Source of the DNA: Ruminococcaceae bacterium UBA1772
Lineage (GTDB): Bacteria > Bacillota > Clostridia > Oscillospirales > Acutalibacteraceae
NCBI GenBank assembly: GCA_002314645.1
Contig: DCGS01000043.1
Span: 1-46,056 of the forward strand
Direction of reading: 5' to 3'
Length of the DNA stretch: 46,056 bases
Of this stretch, positions 19,234-29,494 are shown piece after piece. A program made the position numbers and the translations under genes. How positions within the stretch are numbered: position 1 is the first letter of the stretch; each line of letters begins with the position of its first letter. The notes under the pieces were generated by a model. That model did no database searches and was not told the origin of the DNA. It saw only the letters and a list, made by a program, of their open reading frames with translations.

Positions 19234-20427
19234 TTAATTACTTGATTTTGTTGTTCCAGCACTCTGTGTGCTTGAAACTGGTTTAGTTGTAGAGCCTGAA
19301 TTTGACTCTTCCTTCTTTGTTGTTTCGGAAGTATTCTCTGTAGTTGAAGGCTTAGTTGTTTTTGGTTTTGTAGTCTCCTGCAATGGAGAGAAATAAGCCT
19401 TTTTATCCAAAGTCAAATCAATAGTGCCCTCCTGGTAAGGGCTGATTTCATCCTGACTCTTAAGTACATTTTTACAGAGCTTAATTTTATTTTCAAGATT
19501 TGAAACAGAACCAACAATAATATTTATTCTGTCCTGATATTTCATTGTTATTTTAACTGTATCAGTCAAATTAAGTTCTGTAATGCCTTTGATTCCGTTA
19601 TCTACAAGGCAATTCATTATCTGCTCATAAAGGGCAAAAACCTTTTCATTTTTTGCCTCAATTATTTTTCCAGGTACTGCGGAATTTACTACTACGCCTT
19701 TGAGAATGATAATTTTTTCATCGCCCAAAACGTACTGAGGTCTTGTTGTTTCAGCCTTCTTTGTAGTCTCTGGTTTAGTAGTACTTTCAGCAGGTTTTGT
19801 TGTACCTTCAGTAGGCTTTGTAGTGTTCTCAGCTGGTTTTGCCTCAGCCTTTGTAGTTTCTTCTTCCTTCTTTGTGGTTTCCTTTTCACCACCGACTTTT
19901 GCACCGTTCTTATACACTTCAGAAAGCTTCTTAACTGTTCCTAAAACCTTGCCATCTTCGTTAATAAGAACATATTCACCATTGTATTCAACAGCACATT
20001 TAATAGAAGTGTCTGTAACCTTTATTACAAGTTTGTCTGGGAACTTATTGGAAAGTTCAATTGTTCCAGCAAAAGGAAGCTTTTCAGAAATATTCTTTCT
20101 TACTTTGTCCTTATCCATAAGAATAAGATTTTCTCCTGTGGAAACACCAGAAGCAGTAATAATTTCAGATTCTGTGTATATGCTGCTTCCCTCAACCATG
20201 ACCTTCTTCACGTTGAAGAACACAGTAAGTGAAAGAGCAACGCCAACAGCAATAACAACCGCACAAAGGGTAAAGTAAAAGATAGTTCTTCTCCTTCTTT
20301 GCTGTCTCTGTCTTTCTGCTCTATGTTCGCGTCTCAGTTCCTCGTTAGACTTTTGAGAGCCATTACCTGCTTGTGGTCGTTTTGGCTTTGTCTGTGAAGC
20401 CTTTTTTTGAGGTCTCTTTTCGGCCAT
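19234..20427 (-). CDS. divIB: FtsQ/DivIB-type cell division protein with Thr/Lys/Pro-rich insertions
   Basis: Basic cytoplasmic N-terminus, one TM segment, a POTRA-like region (VKKVMVEGSSIYTESEI) and a position between murA and ftsZ. ATG 20427 lies 7 nt after GGAGGA. Confidence 0.75.
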   Translation of the reverse strand: MAEKRPQKKASQTKPKRPQAGNGSQKSNEELRREHRAERQRQQRRRRTIFYFTLCAVVIAVGVALSLTVFFNVKKVMVEGSSIYTESEIITASGVSTGENLILMDKDKVRKNISEKLPFAGTIELSNKFPDKLVIKVTDTSIKCAVEYNGEYVLINEDGKVLGTVKKLSEVYKNGAKVGGEKETTKKEEETTKAEAKPAENTTKPTEGTTKPAESTTKPETTKKAETTRPQYVLGDEKIIILKGVVVNSAVPGKIIEAKNEKVFALYEQIMNCLVDNGIKGITELNLTDTVKITMKYQDRINIIVGSVSNLENKIKLCKNVLKSQDEISPYQEGTIDLTLDKKAYFSPLQETTKPKTTKPSTTENTSETTKKEESNSGSTTKPVSSTQSAGTTKSSN

Positions 20428-20443
20428 ATACATTTCCTCCGAA

Positions 20444-21697
20444 TTATTTTCTTCTTACGTCTGCACCAATGCTTGTTAGCACAGATTCTATTTTTTCATA
20501 TCCTCTATCTATATGAGTAATACCAGTTATTTCTGAAGTACCATCAGCAGCAAGTGCAGCTATTATAAGGGCAGCACCACCGCGAAGATCTGGGGCTGAA
20601 ACAGTTGCAGGATGTAAGCGATTCACGCCCTCTACCACAGCCATTCTTCCCTCTACTTTTATGTTTGCACCGAAGCGAATTAGCTCCGGCACGTGTTTAA
20701 ATCTACATTCAAAAATGTTTTCCGTAAACAGGCTCGTGCCGTTCGCAATTGTTGTTACTGCCATTATTGGGGCCTGTGCGTCTGTAGGAAAACCAGGATA
20801 AGGCATTGTAACAATATGTTTCAGTCTATTTAAGACATCTTTAGATTTTAAAGAAATCCACGACTCGCCTACGCTTACCTTGCATCCCATTTCAAGAAAA
20901 ACAGGAATTATTGGTCGCATATGAGAAGGGACTATATTTGTAATTTCAATTTCTCCGCCAGTTATTGTAGCCGCGGACAAAAGAGTAGATGCAACAATTC
21001 TGTCTGGAATTATAGAGTATTCCGTTCCATGAAGTCCTTCTACGCCTTCAATTACAATGGTGCCTTCACCAGCACCTTTTATTCTAGCACCACAGGAATT
21101 TAGAAAGTCAGCAAGATCTGAAATTTCAGGCTCCCTTGCACAATTCTCTAAAACAGTTGTGCCCTTTGAAACGCAGGCGGCAAGTATTGCATTTTCCGTT
21201 GCCCCAACTGATGGGAACTGAAAAACAAAGTTGCAGGACTTAAGTCCGTCTTTTACAGAAGCCGTTATTCTTCCGTTATCATTTGCAATATTGACGCCAA
21301 GTGCTTCCATTACTTTAACATGTAAATCAATAGGCCTTAGGCCTATTTCACACCCACCAGGAGCAGAAAACTCAGCAAGTCCCATTCTTCCAATAAGCGC
21401 ACCTAAAAAGACAATTGAAGAGCGCATTTCTCTCATTAAGTCATCTGGTATTGAATAGTTATTCACGCCACTGGAATCCACTATAAGTGTATCCTCTTGC
21501 CACAAAGCTTTGCAGCCAAGTTTTTCAAGTATTTTTATGGCCGCATACACATCGGACAGCCTTGGACAATTATGTAGAACAACCTTGCTATTTGTTAAAA
21601 CACAAGCCGACAAAATGGGAAGTGCACCATTTTTTGAACCTTGAGCACTTATTTTTCCACTTATTTTCCTTTGTCCATTTACAATGAATTTTTCCAC
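20444..21697 (-). CDS. murA: UDP-N-acetylglucosamine 1-carboxyvinyltransferase
   Basis: 417 aa, active-site region PGGCEIGLRPIDLH. GTG start 7 nt after GAGGTG. Confidence 0.95.
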   Translation of the reverse strand: MEKFIVNGQRKISGKISAQGSKNGALPILSACVLTNSKVVLHNCPRLSDVYAAIKILEKLGCKALWQEDTLIVDSSGVNNYSIPDDLMREMRSSIVFLGALIGRMGLAEFSAPGGCEIGLRPIDLHVKVMEALGVNIANDNGRITASVKDGLKSCNFVFQFPSVGATENAILAACVSKGTTVLENCAREPEISDLADFLNSCGARIKGAGEGTIVIEGVEGLHGTEYSIIPDRIVASTLLSAATITGGEIEITNIVPSHMRPIIPVFLEMGCKVSVGESWISLKSKDVLNRLKHIVTMPYPGFPTDAQAPIMAVTTIANGTSLFTENIFECRFKHVPELIRFGANIKVEGRMAVVEGVNRLHPATVSAPDLRGGAALIIAALAADGTSEITGITHIDRGYEKIESVLTSIGADVRRK

Positions 21698-21766
21698 CTC
21701 GGCACACCTCTTTTATATTAGTCGTGCCATTATATGCATTTTCTGCACATTTGGTGAGATATTCAT

Positions 21767-22888
21767 TTATTTTATGAGCTTTAGAATGTTTTCAACAATC
21801 ATATCAGTGGCATTAAGAATTGCCATTTCTTTTACGTTGTCGCCTATTTCGCGAAGCCTGTTTTTATCTTTAAGAAGCTTGTTTACTTCCTCAGTTAAAA
21901 CCTCAGGAGTTAAATCCTTTTCCTCAATAATAACCGCTGCATCGTTGTTTACAAGTTCCATTGCATTGTAGTACTGATGGTTCTCTGCAACATTTGGAGA
22001 AGGAATTAAAATTGAAGCCTTGCCAAGTGCACGTATTTCATAGAGCGATGTAGCTCCTGAACGACAGATAATCAAATCTGCAGCCGGCATGCAAATGTGC
22101 ATGTCGTTTATATACTCACGAACCTCAATGTCACTTCTATTATTCAAGTCAACACCAAGTTCCTCAAGCTTTTCTGGAACCCAAAGTCCATACTGTCCCA
22201 TTGCATGGAGAAAGTAACAATCATGGTCATCCTTCTTGTTTGCAATGAGTCCGCAAACGGCCTCATTTATTGCATTTGCGCCAAGACTTCCGCCCATTGA
22301 AAGAATTAGTGGTTTGTCGTCTGGCACACCAAGTTCGGCCCTTGCAATATCTCTATTTGAAAGAATGAGTTCGTCTCTAACAGGAAGACCTGTTACAACC
22401 ATTTCACTCTTTGTTGACATTCTTTCCTTTGCATCTTCAGATGTAAGCATTACAACATCAGCAATTTTTGCAAGTGCCTTATTTGTTACACCTGGGAATG
22501 CATTTTGTTCGTGAATGGCAATGGGAATATGTAGCTTATGGGCCGCCCTCAAAACAGGCCCGCTAACATATCCACCAAAGCCTATCACCACATCCGGATT
22601 AAACTCTTTTATGATTTTTTCAGCCTCTCTTGAAGCCGACATAATGAGTTTAACCGTATGGAGATTCCTCCCCAAATTCTTTAAAGGATTTCCTCTGTAG
22701 AAACCTGTAATTTCAATAGTTTTAAAATCAAATCCTGCAGCTGGAACAAGACGAGCCTCCATCCTGTTTGCTGTACCAACAAAAAGGATTTCTGCGTCAT
22801 TGCCATATTCTTTTTTTATTCTTCCAGCAACAGCAAGTGCTGGATTAATGTGGCCACCTGTGCCACCAGTTGCAAAGAGTAATTTCAT
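21767..22888 (-). CDS. murG: Undecaprenyldiphospho-muramoylpentapeptide beta-N-acetylglucosaminyltransferase
   Basis: MKLLFATGGTGGHINPALA and C-terminal GT28 motifs. Confidence 0.95.
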   Translation of the reverse strand: MKLLFATGGTGGHINPALAVAGRIKKEYGNDAEILFVGTANRMEARLVPAAGFDFKTIEITGFYRGNPLKNLGRNLHTVKLIMSASREAEKIIKEFNPDVVIGFGGYVSGPVLRAAHKLHIPIAIHEQNAFPGVTNKALAKIADVVMLTSEDAKERMSTKSEMVVTGLPVRDELILSNRDIARAELGVPDDKPLILSMGGSLGANAINEAVCGLIANKKDDHDCYFLHAMGQYGLWVPEKLEELGVDLNNRSDIEVREYINDMHICMPAADLIICRSGATSLYEIRALGKASILIPSPNVAENHQYYNAMELVNNDAAVIIEEKDLTPEVLTEEVNKLLKDKNRLREIGDNVKEMAILNATDMIVENILKLIK

Positions 22889-22889
22889 A

Positions 22890-24131
22890 TTAAACCTTCT
22901 TTATCTTTGAATATCTGGAAACCGAAAGTACCATACCCATTTCACCAAGCAGCATCAGAAGACTGGTACCACCATAGCTGAAGAATGGAAGACTAATACC
23001 AGTGTTTGGTAAAACGTCAGTAACAACGCCAATGTTAAGGGCTGCCTGAAGTCCAATCTGTAAAACAATTCCCATTGAAAGAAGCGCACCAAACTTGTCT
23101 TTTGCATGGAGACCAATTACAAAGCCTCTCCAAACAAGAAGAATAAAGCAAATAATAATTAAGAATGCACCAATGAATCCAAGCTCTTCACAAACAATTG
23201 AGAAAATGAAATCGTTTTGTGGCTCAGATACATAGAGTTGTTTCTGCTTTGAATTTCCAAGGCCTACGCCAAAGAATCCACCAGAACCAATTGCATAAAG
23301 TGCGTTGTTTGTCTGCCATCTTGCACCAAGTGGATCATAGTCCTTGTCAAGCCAAGCAGCAATACGAGGCTGAGCATGTGCTGGCAAAATGTCAGGTTTT
23401 ACAACAACTAAAAGCACAGCAGCCACGCCAAGTGCAGCAACAACAATAAACGCCTTTGAGTTGAAGCCTGCAAGCCAAAGCATCATAACGCCAAGTGCAA
23501 GAACAAGGAGTGTACCAGAAACGTGGTTTTCCTTGTAAATAAGGGCACAAGTCAAAAGAATAATAATTGCATATTCTAAAAGACAAAGTGTTTTTGTGTA
23601 AATCTTTATACGTCCAGGACGTCTGTTAAATCCTTCTGCAAAAGCAGCATTTGAAAGTTCGTTTGTGTTGATTGCTCTGTAGTTCTTATCTATATCCCAA
23701 GCAAGGAAGAGAATTACAGCAAGCTTAGAAATTTCTGATGGCTGGAATGTACCAAGACCAGGAACAGTAATCCATCTGTGGAACTGTTCAAATCCCGGAG
23801 GTGGTGAAACAAAAAGAACCAAAACTAAAAGAACAAATGAAAGTGCAAGCACTGGAATTGCAGCAACTTTAAAGTACTGATAGTTAATCTTTGAAACCAC
23901 AAACATTGCGACCACGCCAAGGACTGCAAAGAAGAGCTGTCTTTTGAAGTAGAAAAGACTGTTTCCATTAAAGTTGTAATAGCAATATGTGTAACTAGAA
24001 GAGAAAAGCATAATAAGACCCACTGTTAAGAGGATCAGCACTATCATGAGAAAGAATACATCTATTCCGCCTTCGCCGAACAGTACGTTTCTACGCCTTT
24101 TTCTTTTTATTGTCTGTCCATTCTTTGCCAT
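22890..24131 (-). CDS. ftsW: SEDS-family peptidoglycan glycosyltransferase FtsW/SpoVE
   Basis: 413-aa polytopic protein with QPSEISKLA and PNTGISLPFFSYGGTS motifs, in the dcw position. Confidence 0.9.
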   Translation of the reverse strand: MAKNGQTIKRKRRRNVLFGEGGIDVFFLMIVLILLTVGLIMLFSSSYTYCYYNFNGNSLFYFKRQLFFAVLGVVAMFVVSKINYQYFKVAAIPVLALSFVLLVLVLFVSPPPGFEQFHRWITVPGLGTFQPSEISKLAVILFLAWDIDKNYRAINTNELSNAAFAEGFNRRPGRIKIYTKTLCLLEYAIIILLTCALIYKENHVSGTLLVLALGVMMLWLAGFNSKAFIVVAALGVAAVLLVVVKPDILPAHAQPRIAAWLDKDYDPLGARWQTNNALYAIGSGGFFGVGLGNSKQKQLYVSEPQNDFIFSIVCEELGFIGAFLIIICFILLVWRGFVIGLHAKDKFGALLSMGIVLQIGLQAALNIGVVTDVLPNTGISLPFFSYGGTSLLMLLGEMGMVLSVSRYSKIKKV

Positions 24132-24141
24132 GAAAATTCAC

Positions 24142-25203
24142 TCACATTCCACAGTAAACTAATACGCAACCAAGTACGCCGCCAATGAGGTTTACAAGAG
24201 AAAATACAACTACAATTTTAACCTCTGACCATCCGCATTTCTCAAAGTGATGATGAATAGGAGCCATTTTAAAGAGTCTCTTTCCTGTTGCGTTAGGGTC
24301 AGTCTTTCTTGCAATTTTCTTTGTAATTTTGAAGTATACAATCTGAATTACATCAGAAAGACCTTCAATAACATATATTATGCCCGCAACAAGTAAAATA
24401 AGCGGACAATCTATTGCAAAAGCAAATGCTACAAGCATACCGCCAAGGAACATTGAACCTGTGTCGCCCATGAAGCACTTAGCAGGATGCCAGTTCCAAA
24501 TAAGGTAACCAGCGCACGCACCTGCAAGTGTACAAGCTGCAATTGAAACGCCCAAGCACTCACGAAGTGCTGCCATTACAGCAAAAGCACCTGCTGCTGT
24601 AATTGTTACAGATGAGCAAAGACCATCAATACCGTCTGTGAAGTTAACAGCGTTAACTGTTGCATAAATAACACAGAAAGCAAAAAGACCAAAAATAATT
24701 GGTGAGCCATATGAAACATTTCCAACAAAAGGAATGTACATAAACTGGTCTGAAGAAAGAGCAAGAGTAACAATGTAAGCAATGCTTATAAGCACCTGTG
24801 CAAGTGTCTTCTGAAGAATTGTAAGTCCTTCGTTTTGTTTCTTTGCAACCTTAATGTAGTCATCAAAGAAACCAATAACACCAAAGCCTAAAGCCATAAT
24901 AAGTCCAGCATAAAGCTTAACCTTTTCGGTGTCTGGAACAACTGATGTTCCACCAACAATGTCTCCACCAAGAAAGTGATCAATTACAACTATTAAAATA
25001 AATGTAACAAGAGAAGCAATGATGAACATAAAGCCACCCATTGTTGGAGTACCCTGCTTTTGTTTATGCCAATTTGGTCCAATATCCAAAATAGTCTGGC
25101 CAAATTTTAACTTGTGAAGCCATGGAACAATTACCACGCCAAGAGCAGCACTGAGTGCAAAACTGAGTATTAAAGCTATTACTATTGCAACAGTTGTATT
25201 CAT
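24142..25203 (-). CDS. mraY: Phospho-N-acetylmuramoyl-pentapeptide transferase
   Basis: GTPTMGG, NAVNFTDGIDGL, MGDTGS and APIHHHFE motifs. Confidence 0.95.
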   Translation of the reverse strand: MNTTVAIVIALILSFALSAALGVVIVPWLHKLKFGQTILDIGPNWHKQKQGTPTMGGFMFIIASLVTFILIVVIDHFLGGDIVGGTSVVPDTEKVKLYAGLIMALGFGVIGFFDDYIKVAKKQNEGLTILQKTLAQVLISIAYIVTLALSSDQFMYIPFVGNVSYGSPIIFGLFAFCVIYATVNAVNFTDGIDGLCSSVTITAAGAFAVMAALRECLGVSIAACTLAGACAGYLIWNWHPAKCFMGDTGSMFLGGMLVAFAFAIDCPLILLVAGIIYVIEGLSDVIQIVYFKITKKIARKTDPNATGKRLFKMAPIHHHFEKCGWSEVKIVVVFSLVNLIGGVLGCVLVYCGM

Positions 25204-25204
25204 T

Positions 25205-26629
25205 TTACTTTTCCCCTTTTTCTAATTCCTCGTATACTTTTTCAATTACTTCTTCAAGCTTCATACCGCGGCTTGCTTTAAAAGCAATTACATCGCCCGG
25301 CTTAATAATTGAAATGAGTTTGCTAATAAGTTCTTCTTTACTGTCAAAATCAAAGACGCGAAGAACGCCGTTTTCTCTTGCAGTTTCAGCTGTTTTCTTA
25401 GACTTTTCGCCGTATGTCATAAGAAGGTCAACGCCAGCCTTTGCTAAATACTCACCGCATACTGAATGAGCTTCTTCAGAGTAGTCGCCAAGCTCTAGCA
25501 TGTCTCCAATTACGGCAATCTTTCTCTTTTTGTTTTCGCCTTTAATTTTAAGGGTTTCAGAAAGAGCGCGAACAGAATCTGGGCTTGCATTGTAACAGTC
25601 TTCAATAATTGTTACATCGTTTACAGTCTTAATTCTTTCACGCATTCCAGCAGGAGCATATGAAAGAAGTGCCTCTGCAATTTTATCTGCATTAATTCCA
25701 AGTACAGAACCAACAGAAAATGCTGCAAGCGCATTGTAGACATTGTGTTCTCCTGTAGTTGGAATTTTTATTTCATGCACGCCCTCATTTTGTGGGAACT
25801 TATTTGAAACATGAACCAAAAACACTGTTCCATCGTCCACGTATTTTATGTCTGAAGCGTAGACATCAAAATGATTTTTAATTCCAAATCTTATTATGTC
25901 AATTTCCTTATCAAAGTCAGACTCTTTAACAGTTGAAAGCATGTCGTTGTCTGCATTTATTATGAGTGGTGCACCATTTGAAAGGCCTTCAACTATTTCA
26001 AGCTTTGCTGAAAGAATTGCCTCTCTACTGCCAAGGTTTTCAATGTGAGAAACACCAACATTTGTTATTACTGCAACATCTGGAAGTCCTGTATTTGTAA
26101 GGGTACTTATTTCCCCTTTATGATCCATTCCCATTTCAAGAACCAGAGCTTCATGCTCATTTGAAAGTCCTAAAAGAACCTTAGGAAGACCAATATCATT
26201 ATTCCAGTTCATGTATGTTTTGTGTGTATTATATGTTGAATTAAGAACACACCAAATCATTTCCTTAGTTGTTGTTTTACCAACACTGCCTGTCAGGGCA
26301 ACAACTGGAAACTCATCCAACCCCTTTCCAAAGCCAAGTCTATATGCCTTTGAAAGATTAAGGAAAGCCTGTCTTGTATCTTCAACAATTATTAAAGGTA
26401 CGTCGACAACAATATCCGAATGTGCTTTGTCTATCATTACTGCTGCGGCGCCGGCGTCAACTGCTGCAGGCACAAACTGATGTCCATCAAGTCTTTCGCC
26501 CTTTATGGCAATAAAGAGGCTTCCGTTTTGAACCTCTCTGTTGTCAATAACAACAGAAGTTATTTCTGCACAGCCTTTAGCCACGCCGCCCGTAGCCAGT
26601 GCTATTTCTTCAGTAGTAAGCATTCTCAT
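25205..26629 (-). CDS. murF: UDP-N-acetylmuramoyl-tripeptide--D-alanyl-D-alanine ligase
   Basis: Mur ligase P-loop LTGSVGKTTTKEM, dcw position, 474 aa. Confidence 0.9.
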   Translation of the reverse strand: MRMLTTEEIALATGGVAKGCAEITSVVIDNREVQNGSLFIAIKGERLDGHQFVPAAVDAGAAAVMIDKAHSDIVVDVPLIIVEDTRQAFLNLSKAYRLGFGKGLDEFPVVALTGSVGKTTTKEMIWCVLNSTYNTHKTYMNWNNDIGLPKVLLGLSNEHEALVLEMGMDHKGEISTLTNTGLPDVAVITNVGVSHIENLGSREAILSAKLEIVEGLSNGAPLIINADNDMLSTVKESDFDKEIDIIRFGIKNHFDVYASDIKYVDDGTVFLVHVSNKFPQNEGVHEIKIPTTGEHNVYNALAAFSVGSVLGINADKIAEALLSYAPAGMRERIKTVNDVTIIEDCYNASPDSVRALSETLKIKGENKKRKIAVIGDMLELGDYSEEAHSVCGEYLAKAGVDLLMTYGEKSKKTAETARENGVLRVFDFDSKEELISKLISIIKPGDVIAFKASRGMKLEEVIEKVYEELEKGEK

Positions 26630-26650
26630 ATTGTTGTCCCCCTTTCTCTA

Positions 26651-28870
26651 TTAGTCAGCAACGTCAACGGATGACTTAAATGATACTGTTACAATTGAGC
26701 CTGCTGAAACCTCTGTTCCCTCAGTAATGCTCTGTCTGTAAGAGTTGTTTGTAGATCCGCTTGTGTAACCAGAAATTTTAATGTTAATTCCGTTTGCAAT
26801 TGCAACACGGTTTGCTTCAGCAACTGTCATGCCAAGAAGGTTTGGAACCTGTACCTTTGTAGTCTTTGCCTTTTCGTCCGTGTAGATAACTACTACACCG
26901 TTCTTTGGAATAACCTGACCAGAAGCAGGATTCTGAGAAACAACCTTGCTTCCAGAACCAACAGTTCTAACTGTGAAGCCTTTGGCCTCAAGATCTGCCT
27001 TTGCAGAAGATGATGCATGACCAACAACGTTTGGAGTTGTAACGTCAAGGTTTGCAAGCTCTGAATCTGTATACTGTGGCTCAATGTTAAGGTAAGCCAT
27101 TGTCTGTGAAATTACTTCAGCGCCAACAGGTGCAGCAACTGTACCACCGTAGTATGAACCAGACTTTGGTTCGTCAATTGCAATAAGAACGGTAATCTTT
27201 GGATTATTTGCAGGAGCGAATCCGCAGAATGAACCAATGTAATATCTTCTTTCAGGAAGCTTTTCAGAAGTACCAGTTTTACCAGCAACTCTGTATCCTG
27301 CAACGTAAGCGTTCTTTGCTGTACCGCGTCTTACAGTTTCTTCCATCATGTAAGAAACCTGCTTTGCTGTATCTTCAGATACAACCTGTCTCTTAACAGT
27401 TGTCTGCGTTTCCATAGTCTTGTTGCCGTTTTCATCAAGAGATGCCGCAACAATGTATGGTTCAACAAGCTTTCCGCCGTTTGCAATAGCATTAATGGCA
27501 GTTACAACCTGAATAGGGCTAACCTGGAAAGACTGACCAAATGATGTTGAAGCAAGCTCAACGGCGCCCAATCTGTCACCAGTGTAATAAGTTACGTTTG
27601 CTGTTGGTGAATATTCAGCAGGAAGGTCAATTCCTGTCTTTTCAGTAAAGCCGAAAGCTTCAAAGTACTTGAAGAAGGTTTTTGCGCCAAGTCTCTGAGC
27701 AACCTCAATGTAAATAGGGTTACAAGAGTTAGCAAGCGATGTAGTAAAGTCTTCTACACCATGTCCTTCTCTGTGTGAACAGTGATACATTCTATCCTGT
27801 ACCTTGTAGTAACCACGGCAGTTAAACATTTCAGCAGGTGTTACCACACCTTCTTCAATACCAGCAGCTGCTGTTACACATTTGAAAACAGAACCAGGTT
27901 CATAACCGTCACTTACAGTTCTGTTTCTCCACTGACTGTATCTTGCGTTAATAAGTGCATTATTCTTTTCTTCATCTGTTTCAAGTTCTTCAATCTTGTC
28001 CAAAACAGATTGGTTTGCAACAGTGTATGGATTGTTGCAGTCGTAGTCGAGCTTTGTGCTCATTGCAAGAATGGCACCAGTTTCAACGTCCATAACAATT
28101 CCGTATCCGTATGTAGCATTGAAATCTACAACGGCATGTTCAAGAGCGGAGTCTAAATAGTACTGAATTACTTGGTCAATTGTAAGAACAAGGTTACCGC
28201 CCTGAAGTGCTTCGTAGTATGACTCGTATGATGAAGACATTTTAATTTGTCTTGCATTCTTTGCAGTAACTACACGACCTGGTGTACCAGTAAGTACATC
28301 GTCATAGAAATATTCAAGTCCAGAACGACCAACGTCGTCTGTTCCAGTAAAGCCAATAACTGTTGATGCGAAGTTTGAGTATGGATAATATCTTTTAACG
28401 TCGCTTTCAATACCAACAATTTGTGAAAAGCCTTTGTTATTCTTAACAGCCTCTGTTATTTCAGTTTTCTTGTCATATTCAACCTGAGATTTAATAAGCA
28501 CATAGTTGTACTTACTCTTGCCACATTTCTCATAAACAGAGTCATATTCAAGGCCAAGGATTTCGGAAAGAACCTTTGCAACATTCTGTCTTACTTCGTC
28601 CTTAGTTATTTTCGAAGGGTTAATATAAACCTTCCAAACATCAGCACTCTGAGCAATTACATTCATGTTGCGGTCGTAAATTGTACCTCTTTGTGCACTG
28701 ACAGTTGTATCTGATAGCTGCTGCGATTCAGCCTTCTGCTTATAGTATTCTCCCTTAACAAGTCCAGCTCTAACAAGACCAAAAATGCCAAGTCCAAAAC
28801 CGAACACACAAACAAGAACCATAGCAACCATTGCACGGTTTTGAAGCATTTTTCTTGATTTATTTGCCAT
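26651..28870 (-). CDS. Class B penicillin-binding protein (FtsI/PBP2B/SpoVD type) with two C-terminal PASTA domains
   Basis: SxxK (GSVFK), SxN (SCN) and KTGT motifs. N-terminal TM segment. Two PASTA-like repeats at the C-terminus. RBS GGAGGTG. Confidence 0.9.
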   Translation of the reverse strand: MANKSRKMLQNRAMVAMVLVCVFGFGLGIFGLVRAGLVKGEYYKQKAESQQLSDTTVSAQRGTIYDRNMNVIAQSADVWKVYINPSKITKDEVRQNVAKVLSEILGLEYDSVYEKCGKSKYNYVLIKSQVEYDKKTEITEAVKNNKGFSQIVGIESDVKRYYPYSNFASTVIGFTGTDDVGRSGLEYFYDDVLTGTPGRVVTAKNARQIKMSSSYESYYEALQGGNLVLTIDQVIQYYLDSALEHAVVDFNATYGYGIVMDVETGAILAMSTKLDYDCNNPYTVANQSVLDKIEELETDEEKNNALINARYSQWRNRTVSDGYEPGSVFKCVTAAAGIEEGVVTPAEMFNCRGYYKVQDRMYHCSHREGHGVEDFTTSLANSCNPIYIEVAQRLGAKTFFKYFEAFGFTEKTGIDLPAEYSPTANVTYYTGDRLGAVELASTSFGQSFQVSPIQVVTAINAIANGGKLVEPYIVAASLDENGNKTMETQTTVKRQVVSEDTAKQVSYMMEETVRRGTAKNAYVAGYRVAGKTGTSEKLPERRYYIGSFCGFAPANNPKITVLIAIDEPKSGSYYGGTVAAPVGAEVISQTMAYLNIEPQYTDSELANLDVTTPNVVGHASSSAKADLEAKGFTVRTVGSGSKVVSQNPASGQVIPKNGVVVIYTDEKAKTTKVQVPNLLGMTVAEANRVAIANGINIKISGYTSGSTNNSYRQSITEGTEVSAGSIVTVSFKSSVDVAD

Positions 28871-28908
28871 GTTAGTAGCACCTCCAATGTCCCTAAATAT
28901 AAGGCTAT

Positions 28909-28938
28909 GAGAGTTAAGAAAATTAATTCTTAACTCTC
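28909..28938. other. Perfect 12-bp stem-loop between ftsL and the PBP gene
   Basis: GAGAGTTAAGAA-AATTAA-TTCTTAACTCTC, with no adjacent U-tract on either strand. Confidence 0.6.
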
Positions 28939-28953
28939 AATTATACGTGTTTA

Positions 28954-29463
28954 TTAGTTAAAATATGATTTGATTGTGTCCCACAGGCTGTGGTGAACCT
29001 TACCTCCGCTGACAGTAGCAACATCGCCACTTGAAAGATCAACGTAGGATACCTGATAATTCTCTACTTTTACCATTCCGAGAGTGTCTTGCGCATACGC
29101 ATCAACCTTATCCAGAGATATGATTGAGTCGAGCTGCATGTTAAGTCTCGTATTTTCACTGTCAAGAATTTCAATTTGTGAATTAACCGACTGAAGTTCG
29201 CGGTCTAGTTCGTCCACTTTTACCTGACTAAATATTTGGAACGAAATGAGCGCAAAGAAAATACCGCATATAACGAGCACCTTAGCTGCTTTAAATGCGC
29301 TTCTTCTCTGCTCCAACTTTATTTGTTTTCTTGTTTTCTTAACTACTCTTGGCCTTTGAACCTCATTTGGTTTTCTCTTAGGGGCAGGAGTATTTATTTT
29401 TGGTGCAGCAGAGCCATACATATTTATTCTATTGTAATTCACTGCTTCATTATTTGAAGCCAT
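28954..29463 (-). CDS. ftsL: FtsL-like septum formation initiator (single TM segment plus coiled coil)
   Basis: Position between rsmH and the PBP gene. Basic N-terminus, TM segment VLVICGIFFALISFQIF, then a leucine-zipper-like segment. The start (ATG 29463 versus GTG 29475) is uncertain. Confidence 0.7.
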   Translation of the reverse strand: MASNNEAVNYNRINMYGSAAPKINTPAPKRKPNEVQRPRVVKKTRKQIKLEQRRSAFKAAKVLVICGIFFALISFQIFSQVKVDELDRELQSVNSQIEILDSENTRLNMQLDSIISLDKVDAYAQDTLGMVKVENYQVSYVDLSSGDVATVSGGKVHHSLWDTIKSYFN

Positions 29464-29494
29464 TGGCTCCACCACCCTTCTATATAATGTAATG

